Shown: positions 46,750 to 60,674, counted from the first letter of the stretch. The stretch: DNA of 64,000 bases from Utricularia gibba (GCA_002189035.1 CM007992.1:806001-870000); one strand, 5' to 3'. Notes: generated by a model from the letters alone, not told the origin. Numbers and translations are program-made.

Positions 46750-47654
46750 TTTCCTTGCTGCAAGAAACATTCGAATTGAGAAAAAAAAAAAACAGAACAA
46801 AAATAATAATAAAACAATCATCTCTAACGTCATAGTAACATGAAAATAGAGGAAGAGGACGGCCGTGTTGTATAATGTGCTCCAGTGGACCCGTTGTACT
46901 GAATGTACAAAAAAGTAGACTTAACTCTATCGCTGAAATTAGGCAAAACAGCAGTAAAACGCACACTTCACGTGTAAAGCCTCTGAATAGAGACAAGCTC
47001 AGGCCAGAAATCAAAACCAGGAACACCCTCCAGTGACGCAATTGTTCATTCAAATCCTAATATCAAGCTATTTCATGCAGAAAGTTGAATGAGACCCAGG
47101 AATGATATCCTTGCAATGCATATTCCACGAAATCGCGTTCCTTATGTCATTTATCTACATCGAAGTCAGTATTTTCAAGAAAACAAGAAAATCTCAACAG
47201 ATCAATCAGTATTGCTTCCACGGGTTGAGGAAACATTACATTACACTTTCGTCCGGCTTCTCGAAGGTCTTCAGCAAAACGCAGAACACAGCATCTGCCT
47301 CAATAACGGAATTCAAATCCGATCGATGGAGTTGAGGTTCAGGGTTACTGTCCTCTCCGCCGATAAATTCCTCCGCCCCCAACCGGCCCCAAAAACTTGA
47401 AGTTTGTGTTTTTTTTTTTTAATGTTTTTATCGTTTTTTTTAAAAAAAGGATTATCTTTCCAGAAAAAAAAAAAAAAAAACTTCCGAAGTATTCTTGAAC
47501 CGCAGCGCCAACATTCACTTACGTGTGTGGCTCTGGCTGGAGCTGAAGCTGCCCTCCAGTTCTTCCCATTATTTCAGTTGGTTGCTCCGATTCCAAGTTC
47601 CCACCGAGTTCGGCAAGCTTCCTGCTTGGGTGACGGTTTAACAACCGCCTCCTG

Positions 47655-49883
47655 ATGCCGTTATTAGGTATTTTCGACTAAAAAATTGGATCTTCGCTGT
47701 TCGGATTAATCAGTGAGTTGGGTGTTCGTTTTCTTGCAGATATTTCAAACCCATGTTCTTGTTTCAGTCGCAGCGTATTCGGATACCGGTGGACCAGAGT
47801 CAGGTTTTCTATTCGTTATGATAATAGACTGGGTTTTTCATCTAGCGACTGTCTCGGGGTTTATTGTATGGTTAAAACTTTTACATTGGGAGGCCTGAAA
47901 GATGTCGGGGTCGGTTGATGATAAACGCCATTGGCACATATGAAAGGATGGGTGTAGCCGCAGGTGAAACTCAAATGATAAATGGGCATGAGAATCTGAT
48001 GAGAATAGGGAATGATTCAGGGAGCACAAGCACCATTGGTTCTGAGTCACCATCTTCTTGTGGAGAATCGGAAGAAATGGATGATAGGGAGAAATTGAGA
48101 CGACTGAGGATTTCAAAAGCAAATAAAGGGAATACGCCTTGGAACAAAGGCAGGAAGCATACTCCAGGTAATGTCATGCCTTGGCTTTTGGAGATTTTTC
48201 TTCCTTTGATGTTGAATGTGTTTCATTTAGCTGAATAGAAACTGAGTAGATTAATCATGTGCAGAAACTATTCAGAGGATTAAGGAGAAAACGAGACTGG
48301 CAATGCGAGATCCTAAGGTGAAGTCATGTAAGAGGCTTGGAAAGTTTTGTTATGATCTCTAAAAGAGTCTTCCTGTTTTTAATTCTTGTATGGTAGAAGT
48401 GTATGTTGTTGACGTTTTGGAGGAGAGTTGATTGTTGTTTCTGGAGCAGGTTAAGATGAAACTGGTTACTTTGGGACATGCTCAAAGGTGATCATCTATT
48501 CTTTTTCCTGGCTTTTCATATGTTCTAGCCACTCTCATGTTGATCATAAGCTCTTATTCTTCCTGGTTGTGCAGTGAAGAGACGAAGGCGAAAATTGGAG
48601 TCGGAGTTCGACTGGGGTGGGAAAGACGCAGGGAGAAATTGTTGTTGCAGGAGACTTGCCTCTATGAGTGGCAGAATCTTATTGCAGGGGCTGCACGAAA
48701 GGGTCTCCTTGGTGAGGAAGAGCTGCAATGGAATTCATTTGAGATTCAAAGTAAGCAGCTGCAGCTGGAATGGGTTGAGAGTGTTGAAAAAAGGAAAGCT
48801 ACTCCACGGCCAAAGGGCAACAAGAGAGCACCCAAATCTGCTGAGCAGAAACGCAGGATTTCAGAGGCAATAGCTGCCAAATGGGCTGATCCGGTCAGTT
48901 ATTGCTTTGTGGGAGCATCTAAGCCTCTTTTATGTGCCTTCTCCTGATACCAGTCTTTGCCTCTTGTCTCAATCAGGAATACCGTTCACGCGTCTGCTCC
49001 GGCCTCGCCAAATATCATGGGATACCTGAAGAAGCTGAAAGAAGGCCGAGGAGAAGGCCAAGTGCTGGCATCCAGGATTCTAGCAAAACTCGTACGAAGA
49101 AGGATGTGGCTGTTGTTCAGAAGAAGGAGATGCCAAGCACGGCTGTAAATATTGCTCCCAAGAGAAGAAAAGCGCCTTCTTACAGTGATCCACAAGCAAA
49201 TGACAAACTTGAGATGCTGAAAAGCATCAAAGCACAGAGAGCGGCTGCCATGAATAAAGGAAATGAAGCTGTTTCACGGGCAAGGTAAGTAAACTTCCTG
49301 CTGAAGTTGAACTGCTCACCTCCTCTGCTTGTGGGTAATAAAATTTTACTGCAGGCTACTGATAGCTGAAGCTGAGAAAGCCGCAAAGGCCCTAGAGATA
49401 GCTGCCATGAAAAGCCCTGTTGCATATTCTTCTCTGATGGAAAGCAGGAAGCTGATAGCAGAAGCGATTGAGGTCATTGAAGCATTAGAAAACGCAGAAA
49501 CGACGATATCAAATAAAGATCTTCCTCAGCCATCATACCATTCAGATGAAGGCACACCAGAATTGGAGCCCATTAAGAATGAAAAAGTGAATGGGGTAGA
49601 GAGCAAACCTTCACTCGGAAACAAGACAGAGGCGAATGATCTCAGATTAAAGAACCCCAAAGTCGACCTGGTGAATGGTAAAGCTTCAAGCTTGTGGGCG
49701 CCTGGTGAGGATCAACACCTTGGGAAGCATTGCAATGGTTTTCACAATTACTCCGTGGCGTCGGAGAGCATGAACCTATCAGTAAACGGGGTCGAAGCTC
49801 AATCAGCGTCTACGGAATCGTCGAAGAAGCTTGTCAAGAAATGGGTTCGTGGGAGGCTGGTGGAGGTTGAAGAAGAACCGTAG
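47655..49883 (+). CDS. NUMOD3-motif protein (At1g53800-like, probably plastid); one apparent 1-bp deletion
   Basis: MPLL|DI... DDREKLRRLRISKANKGNTPWNKGRKHTP ... RAPKSAEQKRRISEAIAAKWADP|EYRSRVCSGLAKYHG ... KKWVRGRLVEVEE. Frameshift at GGGG 47907-47910. Confidence 0.88.
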
Positions 49884-50433
49884 GTCATCATCGGTCCTGC
49901 CTGCATCCCTCCAGACGGCGTACTGTGTTTTGAACTTGTGCTATGAAAATTCTATCCCATATTTTAAAATCATTAGTTTGAATAAATGATTCGATTTAAT
50001 TCAAATCAAATAAAAAAATAGGTTTAATTTGTTTAAATAATCATTTAAACAAAAGTGGAATAAACTCTGGAATTAGATAAATCGAATGATATAACTATTA
50101 GAATTATATTTATAATGTTGTATCGTTATAATGATATTAGAATCAAAATCAATTAGTTTTGATAACATAAAGTATTAAATATATAAGTTCATAAATTTAA
50201 AAATAAAATGTTTTAAAAAATATAAATCAATAGATATATGACATAATTTTAAAACTTAAAAATAAAATTTTTATAATTTATATAATTTGGAGTTGTATTG
50301 AACAAACTCCACCCATTTAAAAATATCATTAATAATAGTATTTTGATATACAATGTGAAAAATTATTGTATCTAAACAGGAAGCGTATTGTTATTTTTCT
50401 TTTTCACGGTTGATCGTTTTTAACCTATTTTTA

Positions 50434-50441
50434 AAACCCTA
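50434..50441 (+). promoter_or_regulatory. Telo-box upstream of the L7/L12 gene
   Basis: AAACCCTA lies 35 bp before the ATG. The motif is typical of plant translation-machinery genes. Confidence 0.55.
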
Positions 50442-50475
50442 AACCCCAATCAAATTTCAGTTCTGGTTGGGTAGA

Positions 50476-50955
50476 ATGCTGTCGAGAATTCCTAAGAATG
50501 CCATCTTCTCCGGCATCCTCAGCCGGCGGCTGTTGTGCGCGGCCGTGGAAACTCGAACTCAGAAGCTGGAACGGATCGCCGATGAGCTTCTGGACCTCAA
50601 CAAGATCGAGCGCCATGATTACGTCATTCTGTTACGATACAAGATGGGGGTCAACCGCTATGGCCCCGCCGTGTCCAGTGTTCAGTCGTCGTCATCCGCG
50701 GCGAGCGGTGCGGCGTCTTCCCCTGCAGAAGTGAAGGAGAAGACGGCGTTCGATGTGAAGTTGGAGAAATTTGATGCGGCGGCGAAGCTTAAGGTGATTA
50801 AGGAGATCAGGGCTTTCACAGATTTGGGCTTGAAGGAAGCTAAGGATTTGGTGGAGAAAGCGCCTGCTGTGGTGAAGAAAGGGGTGACGAAGGAAGAGGC
50901 CGAGAAGATCTTGGAAAAGCTTAAGGAAGCTGGGGCTACTGCTGTGTTGGAATAA
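50476..50955 (+). CDS. RPL12: Organellar (probably mitochondrial) 50S ribosomal protein L7/L12, intronless
   Basis: [44 protein letters not shown]...[12 protein letters not shown]. Confidence 0.95.
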   Translation: MLSRIPKNAIFSGILSRRLLCAAVETRTQKLERIADELLDLNKIERHDYVILLRYKMGVNRYGPAVSSVQSSSSAASGAASSPAEVKEKTAFDVKLEKFDAAAKLKVIKEIRAFTDLGLKEAKDLVEKAPAVVKKGVTKEEAEKILEKLKEAGATAVLE

Positions 50956-51958
50956 TTCACCTTTCCATTTGGTAATTCTTCAATTCCTTGTAGTTGTATG
51001 AATATGAATCGAGTTGGATTGCTAATTGGTGTGGACTCCACATCGCAAATGATTTTTTTTCCTTCGGAGATGAAGATAAGTCTTCTCCTGTATTAAGGCC
51101 TCGTTTTGTTGGTTTTAAGCTTGAGTCCATTTCTGTTTGTGTATTGAAGGACGTTCATCAAAGGAATATGAGATGTGATTCAAAAGAGCAAGTTCACTGC
51201 TATCACGTTTGCAAGATTGTTTACTACTACTTACAGTCTCAGAACAGCAGTGCCATCATATCTTTCGTGATTTTGACATGTCTTGTCTGCTGCAAGACCA
51301 TGTTGCCAATTTAGGGATACTGGTAGCTGGTATTTATCAATTGTTTTCTTCTATTTTTTTAGGATGACATTTGATCATTCAAGGAAGCCAAGGAGGTTTG
51401 GCGTGGGTAGATTTAGCTCTAAATTGTTCATCTTATCATTGATTTCCTTCCGACTCTTACTTGAAATGATGGAATCTATAACACTCGAGCCAGGGCCACA
51501 ACTTGGTTGAATAATTCTAGTTGGCTTGCTGAATTTAAGTTCACATTTCCCACGTATCTCTTGTTTCTTGGTACCTTGAAAGTTGTGGACATAGTATTAC
51601 TCCAGAAAGAATTCATGCTATTCATTGTCTTATTCTAAATCATCTACGAAGTTCTTCAATCATTTTCTGCTCATGGCATCAGAGGATGAGATTAGGATAT
51701 GGAAAAGGAGTACAATACGGCTCTGAGAATGCATCTGCGTTGATGCTGGATGTTATACTTCTTTCATCTTTTTCATACTGTACATCATATACTTGAAGTT
51801 TCTTCTGAGGAGCTTTCAGCCGTCCTTTGTTCATTTGGAATGACTTGCTTACGTATTTCATATGGATTAGGTAACTGAGGAGGCACTACTACTCTTTACA
51901 AGCTTGAGAAAATCTACAGGATCATCAGCACCATCTCAAACAATATGAATTAGCCTTC

Positions 51959-54900
51959 CTAGATCATGTTTGTTGTTTCGTTCGAATCCAGCAGGAGATG
52001 TTTCCTTCGACTTGTTGAGTCGATCCGCAGGAGTTTGTTGGTGACTTCTCTCATGTTTGGTCTTACATTGGGGTCAGCCGCTGTGCAGCTCAAAGCTATA
52101 GAGAGCACACCTTGTATTTCATCTATGATGTTGGAATCAATACATTCATCCCCTATTTCGGGATCCACCACCACCTCAGAGCCTGAAGACAGAGAGGTGT
52201 TTACCCACTGCACAATGCCCATTTCTTCACCAAAGGATGAATCCAGTGCTCTCCTTCCAGTAACAAGTTCCAGCAACACAACTCCATAAGCATACACATC
52301 AGACTCCTTGCTGCTTCTGGCGCAGAAGGCATTTTCTGTTGATTCACAGTCAGGATCAGAAGACAAAAGGCTGAAAATGGAACAAAACAGATCATGAAAC
52401 CATACCTGGAGCTATGTAACCTAAAGTGCCTTGAACCACAGAAGATGCACCCCTGTCATCCAGCATCTTGGCAATGCCAAAATCTGTGATATGCGGCTCG
52501 AATTCAGAATCCAGTAGAATGTTCATTGGCTTGATATCTTTGTGGATGATTGGAGGATTACAGTCAAAATGCAGATAGGATAAGCCCTGTGATGTCCCCA
52601 GTGCTATCTTGAAACGGATCCTCCAACCAATACCTGTTGGATGTTTCTCATGCAGAGCCTTGTCAAGGCTCCCATTTGCCATGTAACTGTACAGAAGTAA
52701 ACCATATTCCTTCCTCAGCCAAAAGGCCTCTAATCTAACCAGATTACGGTGCCTCACATTCCCAATTGTTTGTACTTCTGTACAGAAACTATTGTGTCCC
52801 CCTTTGCATCCACCAAAACTAACCTTTTTCAAGGCATAAACTTGGCCTTGATCCATTGACACCTTATAGACAACCCCATGTGCTCCTCTCCCGATTATGT
52901 GACCATCACTTAAGTATTCAGTAGCTTCCATAACTTGGTTCAGCAGGGAAGAATCACCTTCCTCGACTGCGGCGAGATGCAACTCCTTATCCATATTTTT
53001 CCGCAGAGCTACAAATGAGAATCCAAGGATCAAAACTGCAGCAAACACGAAAGACCCAGAAACTATCATTGCAATATCAGCCTGCCTGAGGCCTCCTCCA
53101 GTTGGAGAATCACAGTGCTTGAATGCCTTGTAGCCATTACAGTTCATGCTACCTACAGGATGGCATTGGACACACAGACCTGGATTGCCAATGAATGATA
53201 ATGGAGAGAAGGCCTTCATTAGTGAAGATGGAACAGGGCCGACAAAACTATTGCTTGAAAGGTTAACCTGAACCAAGGAATGGAGTTCACTGAGCACTTC
53301 GATACTGCCTGACAGGTTGTTGCAGGATAAGCCTAACTGCTCAAGCATTCTCAAATTCCCTATTTCATTGGGAAGCTTACCTGTAAATCTGTTTGCATCA
53401 AGCTGGATAGATACAAGCTTTTCGAATTGAAACAGAAATCTGGGAATGTCACCAAGCAGGGAATTTTCACTGATATCTAAACTAGATAATTCCTTCAAGC
53501 TTCCCCAGCTGGATGGAATTGTACCATTCAAGAGATTGCGACTCAAATCGAGTTTTGACAACTTGTAACAGTTTGATAAATTTGAAGGTAACACACCCTC
53601 CAGCTTATTATTAGACAGGTTCAGGCTCTCAAGGTTCACCAGGTTTCCAATCTCATGAGTTATATCACCAGTAAACATGTTCATTGATAAGTCTACAGAG
53701 GAAATGTATTTGAGATTACCTAAGCTGGCGGGAATGGACCCTGTCAAGCTGTTGTTGCTGAGGTCCATGTACAGAAGTTTCGAGTTCCTTACAAACTCCG
53801 GAAGCATACCTATGTGGTTATTCCCTTTAAGTATTAGCCTCGTCAAAGTGGAGCAACTGCCAATGTCAGGAGGTATGCTTCCTTCAAACTCATTTTGAGC
53901 CAATAAAAGCTTCCTCAACTGCTTCTGAAAGCAAAGATTTGGAGGTATAGGGCCTCTGAAACTGTTTCTTGTGAGATCAATTTGGGTTAGGCTGGTGTTT
54001 ATACCCAAGCCTTGAGGTATGACTCCAGTGAAATGATTGTCGAATAGCGAAATGTTTCGTAGCTGCGTCAACTGTATGATCTCCTCTGGTATCTCACCAA
54101 CCAGATTATTCTGATAAACTAGAAGATGCTGCAGGCTTTGAATCTTCCATATGCCAATTGGGATTTCTCCACTCAAATTGTTTTTAAACAGCATGAGTAT
54201 TTGCAGTTGAGAAAGCATACCAAGTTCACTTGGGATCACACCTCCAACTGGTTATCATACATCTGCAAATCTGTCATTGCCTTGCAATTTCCCAGTTCAG
54301 GAGGAATCGAACCAGAAAATTGATTCTCAGGAAGATACAAGAGTTTTAGCTGAGTTAGTTGCCCCAGAGAAGAGGGTAAGTGTCCATTTAAGCAGCAATT
54401 GACTGCCGCAAGGGTGTTTAAGCTACTGCAGTTGCCCAATCCAGGAGGTAATCCTCCATTAAAATGATTATTGGATAAAACTAGAATCTGCAGTTGCTTG
54501 CAGCTTCCAGCACCGAATTGAATCCTTCCCTCGAGATTGTTATCATTCACGTAAAGGACAGCAAGCTCCTCAAGATTGTTCAAACTGTCAGGCAAGGTTC
54601 CATCCAACAAGTTATTATTCAGATAAAGTTCTTGCAATGCAGTGCAGTTTCCAAAGGTTGCAGGGATCCATCCAGATAACATGTTGCTGTCCAAATGGAG
54701 CACCTCCAGCGCTGTCAAGTTTCCAATTTCTGCAGGGATTGAGCCACTGAGGCTGTTGCTACTCAGGTGAAGTTCCTTCAAAGATTGAATGTTGAACAAG
54801 GAGATAGGGATCTTCCCAGTTAGAGAATTATCCCACAAGCTCAAAAACTCCAATCTTTGCAAATTCCCAAGACTTGGAGGGATTGCCCCAGAAAAGCTGT

Positions 54901-55267
54901 TCTTTGAAAGATCCAGTTCCAGAAGATGACCGCAATGCCCCAACTCAGAAGGAATGGGACCCGAGAACCTATTGAAACTGATGTCGATTGTTCGCAAGTG
55001 CCTGAGATTAGCGATTTGTGGACCAAGTTGTCCAGAGATTCCAAGGCCCGACAAGTTCAAATGAAAAACAAAGTTAAGTCTTCGACAGTGCACTCCCACC
55101 CAAGAACAGTGAGACGAAAAGGAGGCATTCCAGGTGGATCTGATGGATGGGGGGATCACATTCCAGTGGGTAAGAAGTGACATGAGAACTGTACCATCGG
55201 AGGACAAGGCAGAGGCCGTAGGAAGCAAGAAAACGGTGAAAAAGCAGACGAAACCAGCAGTTTGCAT
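51959..55267 (-). CDS. LRR receptor kinase, PEPR1/INRPK1-like (LRR-XI); one apparent 1-bp deletion
   Basis: Signal peptide, CSWVGVHC cap, many LRRs, TM segment, kinase IIGRGAHGVVYK...IIHKDIKPMNILLD...DFG...GTLGYIAP|ENA (intron about 52403-52336). Frameshift at 54241-54242. Confidence 0.92.
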
Positions 55268-56377
55268 CTCGGCTAGTTCCTTGGTAGACGAAACAGAAGC
55301 AGCAGAAGAGACCCGTGGACTAAATGAAAGAGAAGAAGAAGAGATACCCGCGGAATCAGCAGGGTGGCGAAAGCTTCTTCGAGTGTGAACGAGGTTACAC
55401 CGCCCTTCAGCCTGCGCTGGTCTTTCCGCATTGAATAGTGGTTTCTGGGAGTCAAAAGTGGTCAGCTAGTGCAGCACCCCTTTACTGCTCCATGACATCA
55501 AACTCCCCCATTTTTCCAGTGGGTTCCTTCCATACGGCTGCCGGAACAAGGTGCCCGCCCCGTTTTGGAAAAAGAACAAAACTTCAACACTCCACAATTC
55601 ACTCATCCCGAACAGTTCCATGAATCCTGCACAGCTTCGCATTTGTTCCCAAGAAACACCCCAGCCGAGGGTTTGTTGGTCTTCACTAGCGAGAGGATCG
55701 ATTTTAACACCGCCAACGTATATCTAGTTTAAAGATATACTTTACATTTTGTAGAATATATATTATAAAATTTAATATAGTAAATTATTATATAATTTAA
55801 TGTTATGATATAAATGTATTTTTACTATAGATAAAAAATAAATGGTATAATTTTTTAAATAATTTCTTATTTAATCTTTAAAATACTGATTTAATAAATT
55901 CAATAATTTCTGAAGTTAGTTACATATTCTAAATTTCCGATTTTAATTCGAAATAAATAAATATTATAATTTTTAAAAATTAAACATAATCAATTTAATA
56001 AATTATGAGAACCGTAATTAGATATTTAATTCTTATGATTTTATATTTTAAAATATCATAATAATTTAAATATATTTTAAAAGACCTCGTACAAGATTCG
56101 TTTAATTTTTTTTAGATGATTTCCTATATAAGTATCTTTTTGAATAATTTTGATTTTTCATGAGATGAGTGTGACATCTATTTTAAAAAAGGAATATAAA
56201 TTTAGGAGCGTTTATTATTAATATATCAATAAAGTACATATATTTTATTTTTATTTTATTGTAAATAATTCTCTAATAAAAAAGATAATCAAGCAATGTT
56301 GGAGAGTAGATATGAATATAGAGGAGGTGTGATGTGGATCATCATTCAGGCCGTGTTACATTAACTATTTGTGTGTT

Positions 56378-56387
56378 GCCACGTGTC
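56378..56387. promoter_or_regulatory. G-box/ABRE midway between the divergent RLK genes
   Basis: GCCACGTGTC. W-boxes (AGTCAA) also occur at 55450-55455 and 57228-57233. Confidence 0.4.
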
Positions 56388-57416
56388 CGTCTCCCACTTG
56401 CTTGGCCAGAAAATTTCGGACACCTATTAATTAATTAGTTAATTGCGTTTTTAGTGGAGTTTATTATAAAAGCAGAAACCATCGCCCAAATTGGATTTTT
56501 CTTTTTAAAGTAAATATTTTGATAATGTTCAGTAGATGATTATCTTATACAAATGTATAAAGTATTAAATATATTAGTTATAAGTAGTGTTTTGAAAATT
56601 TTTTGAAATTTATTTTTATTTTTTAAAATTATTTTTTTAAAAAAAGAAATAAAAAATAAAAGTAACCAACCTCTTATTTTTTCAAAAATAATTTTTATAA
56701 TTATAATTTTAAAAATATTTTTGATAGAATTACTTTTACAATTAAAAGTGTTTTAGAACAAAATTATTTTTACTTTTAAAAAATAGAAATTGGTTTTAAA
56801 AATTTTCCAGAATACTGCTATAGGTTCATGCTAATTTATCATATCAGCTTAAATATTGCATTTTTTCTAGTAGTTCTAAGCATTCAGTTGGTTTGAAGCG
56901 TTTTTTTATTTATTTGATTCAAAATAGTGAAGAATGCAACATACAATATGAAATTTATAACTCTTTTATCTTTTACTAACATTCTTTGTATAATAGGCTT
57001 TTGCCACACTCAATTTTACATGAAAATTTGAGAATATGATTAAAAGAATTATTCGAATGTTATATAAATCACGTATATATTAAAAAAAACGAATCTACCA
57101 ACTAAAGATAGTTATCAACATATACATGTTTCAAGTATATAAAAAATACTATCAAATACCATTGAAAATTAATTCTTTAAAATGTCAACACGTAGGCGTG
57201 TACCCAGAAAAGGTACCCTGTACAGTAAGTCAACGCCAGCGGTTGTAGACATCCCTGGTTCATGCCATCATTATTCATCTGCGTTCCCCTGTTCACTGGA
57301 AACAGATAGCAATCGTAGCCACTTGATAGCTGATGATCGATTTGGGTTCTTTATACCCATCTTTCGACATGTTTCTTCTTCATGATTTGTGCTGAGGAGG
57401 TTGAGGCGGAGCAGAC

Positions 57417-60400
57417 ATGCGCTACTCTTGTTGCTCCGGCAATAGAATCGTTTACACTCTTCAGTTCTTGCAACTGCTGCTGCTGCTGCTGCTGCTGCTC
57501 ATCTGTTCCTTCGCTGATTGCTGCAGTGAAATTGATCGGGAGTCACTTTCGCTGTTCCAGAAAGAATTCTCTGCTTCCCCAGGTTGAATTGGTCGCTTTC
57601 GCGGGATTGCTGCGGGTGGGAAGGTGTGGATTGTGATCTCTCTGGGAGAGTCATCGCTCTGCAACTCCCGAATAGAAATCTTGCTGGACCCTTTCCCCCT
57701 TCCATCACAAATATCACGACTCTGTCTCATATCAATCTTTCTGGTAATGGGCTCTCTGGGAATCTCCCAAGTCGGTTCTTTTCCTCTTTTTACAGTCTTG
57801 AAGTTCTTGATCTGAGCTCCAATAGATTGAGTGGTGAGTTGGATTCAAATGATCATCTTCCACGGAGTATTCACTTTCTTAACTTGTCCAGCAACTTCTT
57901 ATCAGGAAAAATCCCCTCCTCCTTTTTCCAAAATGCTACGAATTTGCAGGTCTTTGATGTGGATGGTAACAGGTTCTCTGGTTCTATTCCATCAGATATC
58001 TGCAGTTTTTCACCATCACTGCAGGTTCTTGATTTCTCAGACAATTATTTCTCAGGCCCAATTCCTCAGTCCCTAGGTGGGTGCACGAAGTTGCAAACTC
58101 TAAGAGCAGGATTCTGCAGTCTATCAGGAGTGATTCCATCAAGTATTTACAATCTATCGTCCCTGCAAGAACTAAACTTGGCAGGAAATAATCTCTCTGG
58201 ATCAGTTGATCCCACAGTCGTTAACTGCACAAACTTGAGAATCTTAGCTCTTCATGGTAACCATCTTACCGGCATGATTCCTCAAGATATAGGGAAGCTG
58301 CTATTGTTGGAACAACTGCTCCTCCATGTCAATCGGATCGAAGGAACTATTCCAGTGTCCCTTACCAACTGTACCAAGCTAAGCACCCTGATTCTGAGAG
58401 TCAACTTACTCAGAGGTGAGCTTGCAGCTTTGGATTTCTCCAAGTTTGTCCACCTACAAGTAATTGATCTTGGGGACAATTATTTCAGTGGTGGCTTGCC
58501 CACAAGTCTGTTCTCTTGCCAGACACTTACTGCTATTCGGCTAGCCACCAACAAATTTACCGGAGAAGTTCCCCGGAAGTTGGATCACTGCAATCTCTAT
58601 CGTTCATCTCCCTCTCCAACAACAGTCTGAGTAACATTAGGAGTGCACTGAGCATCCTCAGGGAGTGTAAAAATCTCAGTACACTCATTCTATCTAAGAA
58701 CTTCTTTGGAGAAGAGCTTCCTGGAGATGAGAATCTCATTAACCACGGGATGTTTCAAAGAATTCAAATACTCGCATTGGGAGGAAGCAGACTTACTGGT
58801 CAGATACCAAACTGGATATCTGGGCTCATCAACTTGGAGGTTGTGGACGTATCTTTCAATAACTTGACAGGGACGATACCCAGTTGGTTTGGGAATTTTG
58901 CTGACCTTTTCTACTTGGATTTTTCCCACAACCATTTCACTGGAGGTTTCCCAGTGCAACTTCTTGGCCTGAGAAGACTTGCTTACTTTCGAAGTGCGTT
59001 AGATGGCAACAGTCTGCAGTTGCCTGTGTTTATTAAGCCTAACAATGTTACCAAACTGCAATACAATCAGCTATCAAGCTTACCCTCATCGATATATATC
59101 AACTTCAACCACATCAATGGCAGCATCCCTTGGGAGATTGGATTGCTCAAGTTCATAATGGTATTGGATCTCAGTAACAACAACCTCACAGGCACCATTC
59201 CTGATTCAATATCTAATCTCACTAACCTGGAGAACCTGGACCTTTCTGTAAATGATCTGACTGGTGAGATTCCGGCATCCATAAGCGGTCTCCATTTCTT
59301 GTCTTCCTTCAATGTGGCCAGTAACCATCTCCAAGGGCCAATTCCAACAGGGGGTCAATTTGAGACATTTCCAGTCTCAAGCTTCCAAGGTAATCCACTT
59401 CTGTGTGGTTCAGTTTTGCAGAACCCTTGTGGTGGACAGGGTGTTTCTCCACCGGGCTCATCAGCACCAGATGATGCGAACAACAGAAAGAAGATCATTG
59501 CAATAACGCTAGGGGTGTGCTCGACTGTTTTCTTCCTGGCTCTTCTTCTATATTCCATCGTCTACAGGAGGAGACTCTTCCCAACAGCACATGTTGCAGA
59601 AGAGGAAATGGATGTGTCTCCAGAGTTGGCAAAAGACATGAGTCTAGTCATGGTGTTCCCGAACAATGAGAACAAAGTAGAGCCTCTCACTATAGCCGAT
59701 ATATTGAAAGCCACTGATAATTTCAACCAATCCCACATAGTAGGCTGTGGAGGCTATGGTTTGGTATACAGAGCCACTCTGGAAGATGGTACTGACCTTG
59801 CCATCAAGAAGCTGTCTGGAGAGATAGGGCTGATGGAGAGGGAATTCAGAGCAGAGGTGGAAGCTCTGTCCACAGCACAGCACAAGAACCTGGTCACATT
59901 GCGAGGCTACTGTGTGCATAATGGCTCAAGGCTGCTGATCTACTCTTACATGGAAAAAGGAAGCCTGGATTACTGGCTTCACGAGAAGCCAGATGGCGCA
60001 GCACAACTCACTTGGCCGATTCGGCTCAAGATCGCTTTAGGAGCAAGCCGTGGAATAGCTTATATCCACAACGAATGCAAACCACAGATAGTGCATCGTG
60101 ATATCAAGTCTAGCAACATTCTTCTCAACCATGACTTCGAACCACAAGTGGCTGATTTCGGGTTGGCCCGACTAATCCTCCCTTGCAAGACTCATGTGAC
60201 AACAGAGTTGGTGGGTACTCCCGGTTACATTCCACCAGAGTACAATCAATCCTTGATGTCCACTTTCAGGGGAGATGTATACAGTTTTGGAGTGGTGTTG
60301 TTAGAGCTCCTGAGTGGCAGAAGACCTATGTCAACTTTCGGACCAAAGATGCCAGGAGGACTGGTGGCAATGGTGCAGCAACTCAGAAGCGAACGAAAGG

Positions 60401-60612
60401 TAGAGGATATTTTTGATACCTTCCTCAGAGGAAAAGGTTACAGAGAAGAGATGCTTAAAGTAGCGCACATGGCAACAATGTGCGTTGAAGCGGATCCATT
60501 GAAGAGGCCAACAATCAATGCAGTAGTAGAATGGCTCGAGGATGTGGAAAGGAATCAACATAAATTACAGTACTTGGTTGGCGGGCAAAATTTGAGTCAG
60601 TCAAGTCAGTAA
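57417..60612 (+). CDS. LRR receptor kinase, PSY1R/PSKR-like (LRR-Xb, At1g72300-like), intronless; two apparent 1-bp deletions
   Basis: ATG at 57417, poly-Leu signal, [14 protein letters not shown], island [24 protein letters not shown], and kinase [11 protein letters not shown]...[11 protein letters not shown]...[18 protein letters not shown]. Frameshifts at CCCC 57587-57590 and CCCC 58571-58574. Confidence 0.92.
57474..57497 (+). repeat. (CTG)8 microsatellite encoding the poly-Leu of the RLK signal peptide
   Basis: Eight perfect CTG units in frame with ATG 57417. Confidence 0.9.
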
Positions 60613-60674
60613 AGAATAGTTGAACTCTTATTGAACGTATGAAAATAGTACCTACTCAACTCTCTCCAATCCAA

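Noticed and set aside
2944-58574. Calling the six frameshifted genes pseudogenes
   Set aside because: All lesions are -1 events in homopolymers, with no nonsense codons or decay seen, so assembly error is the simpler explanation.
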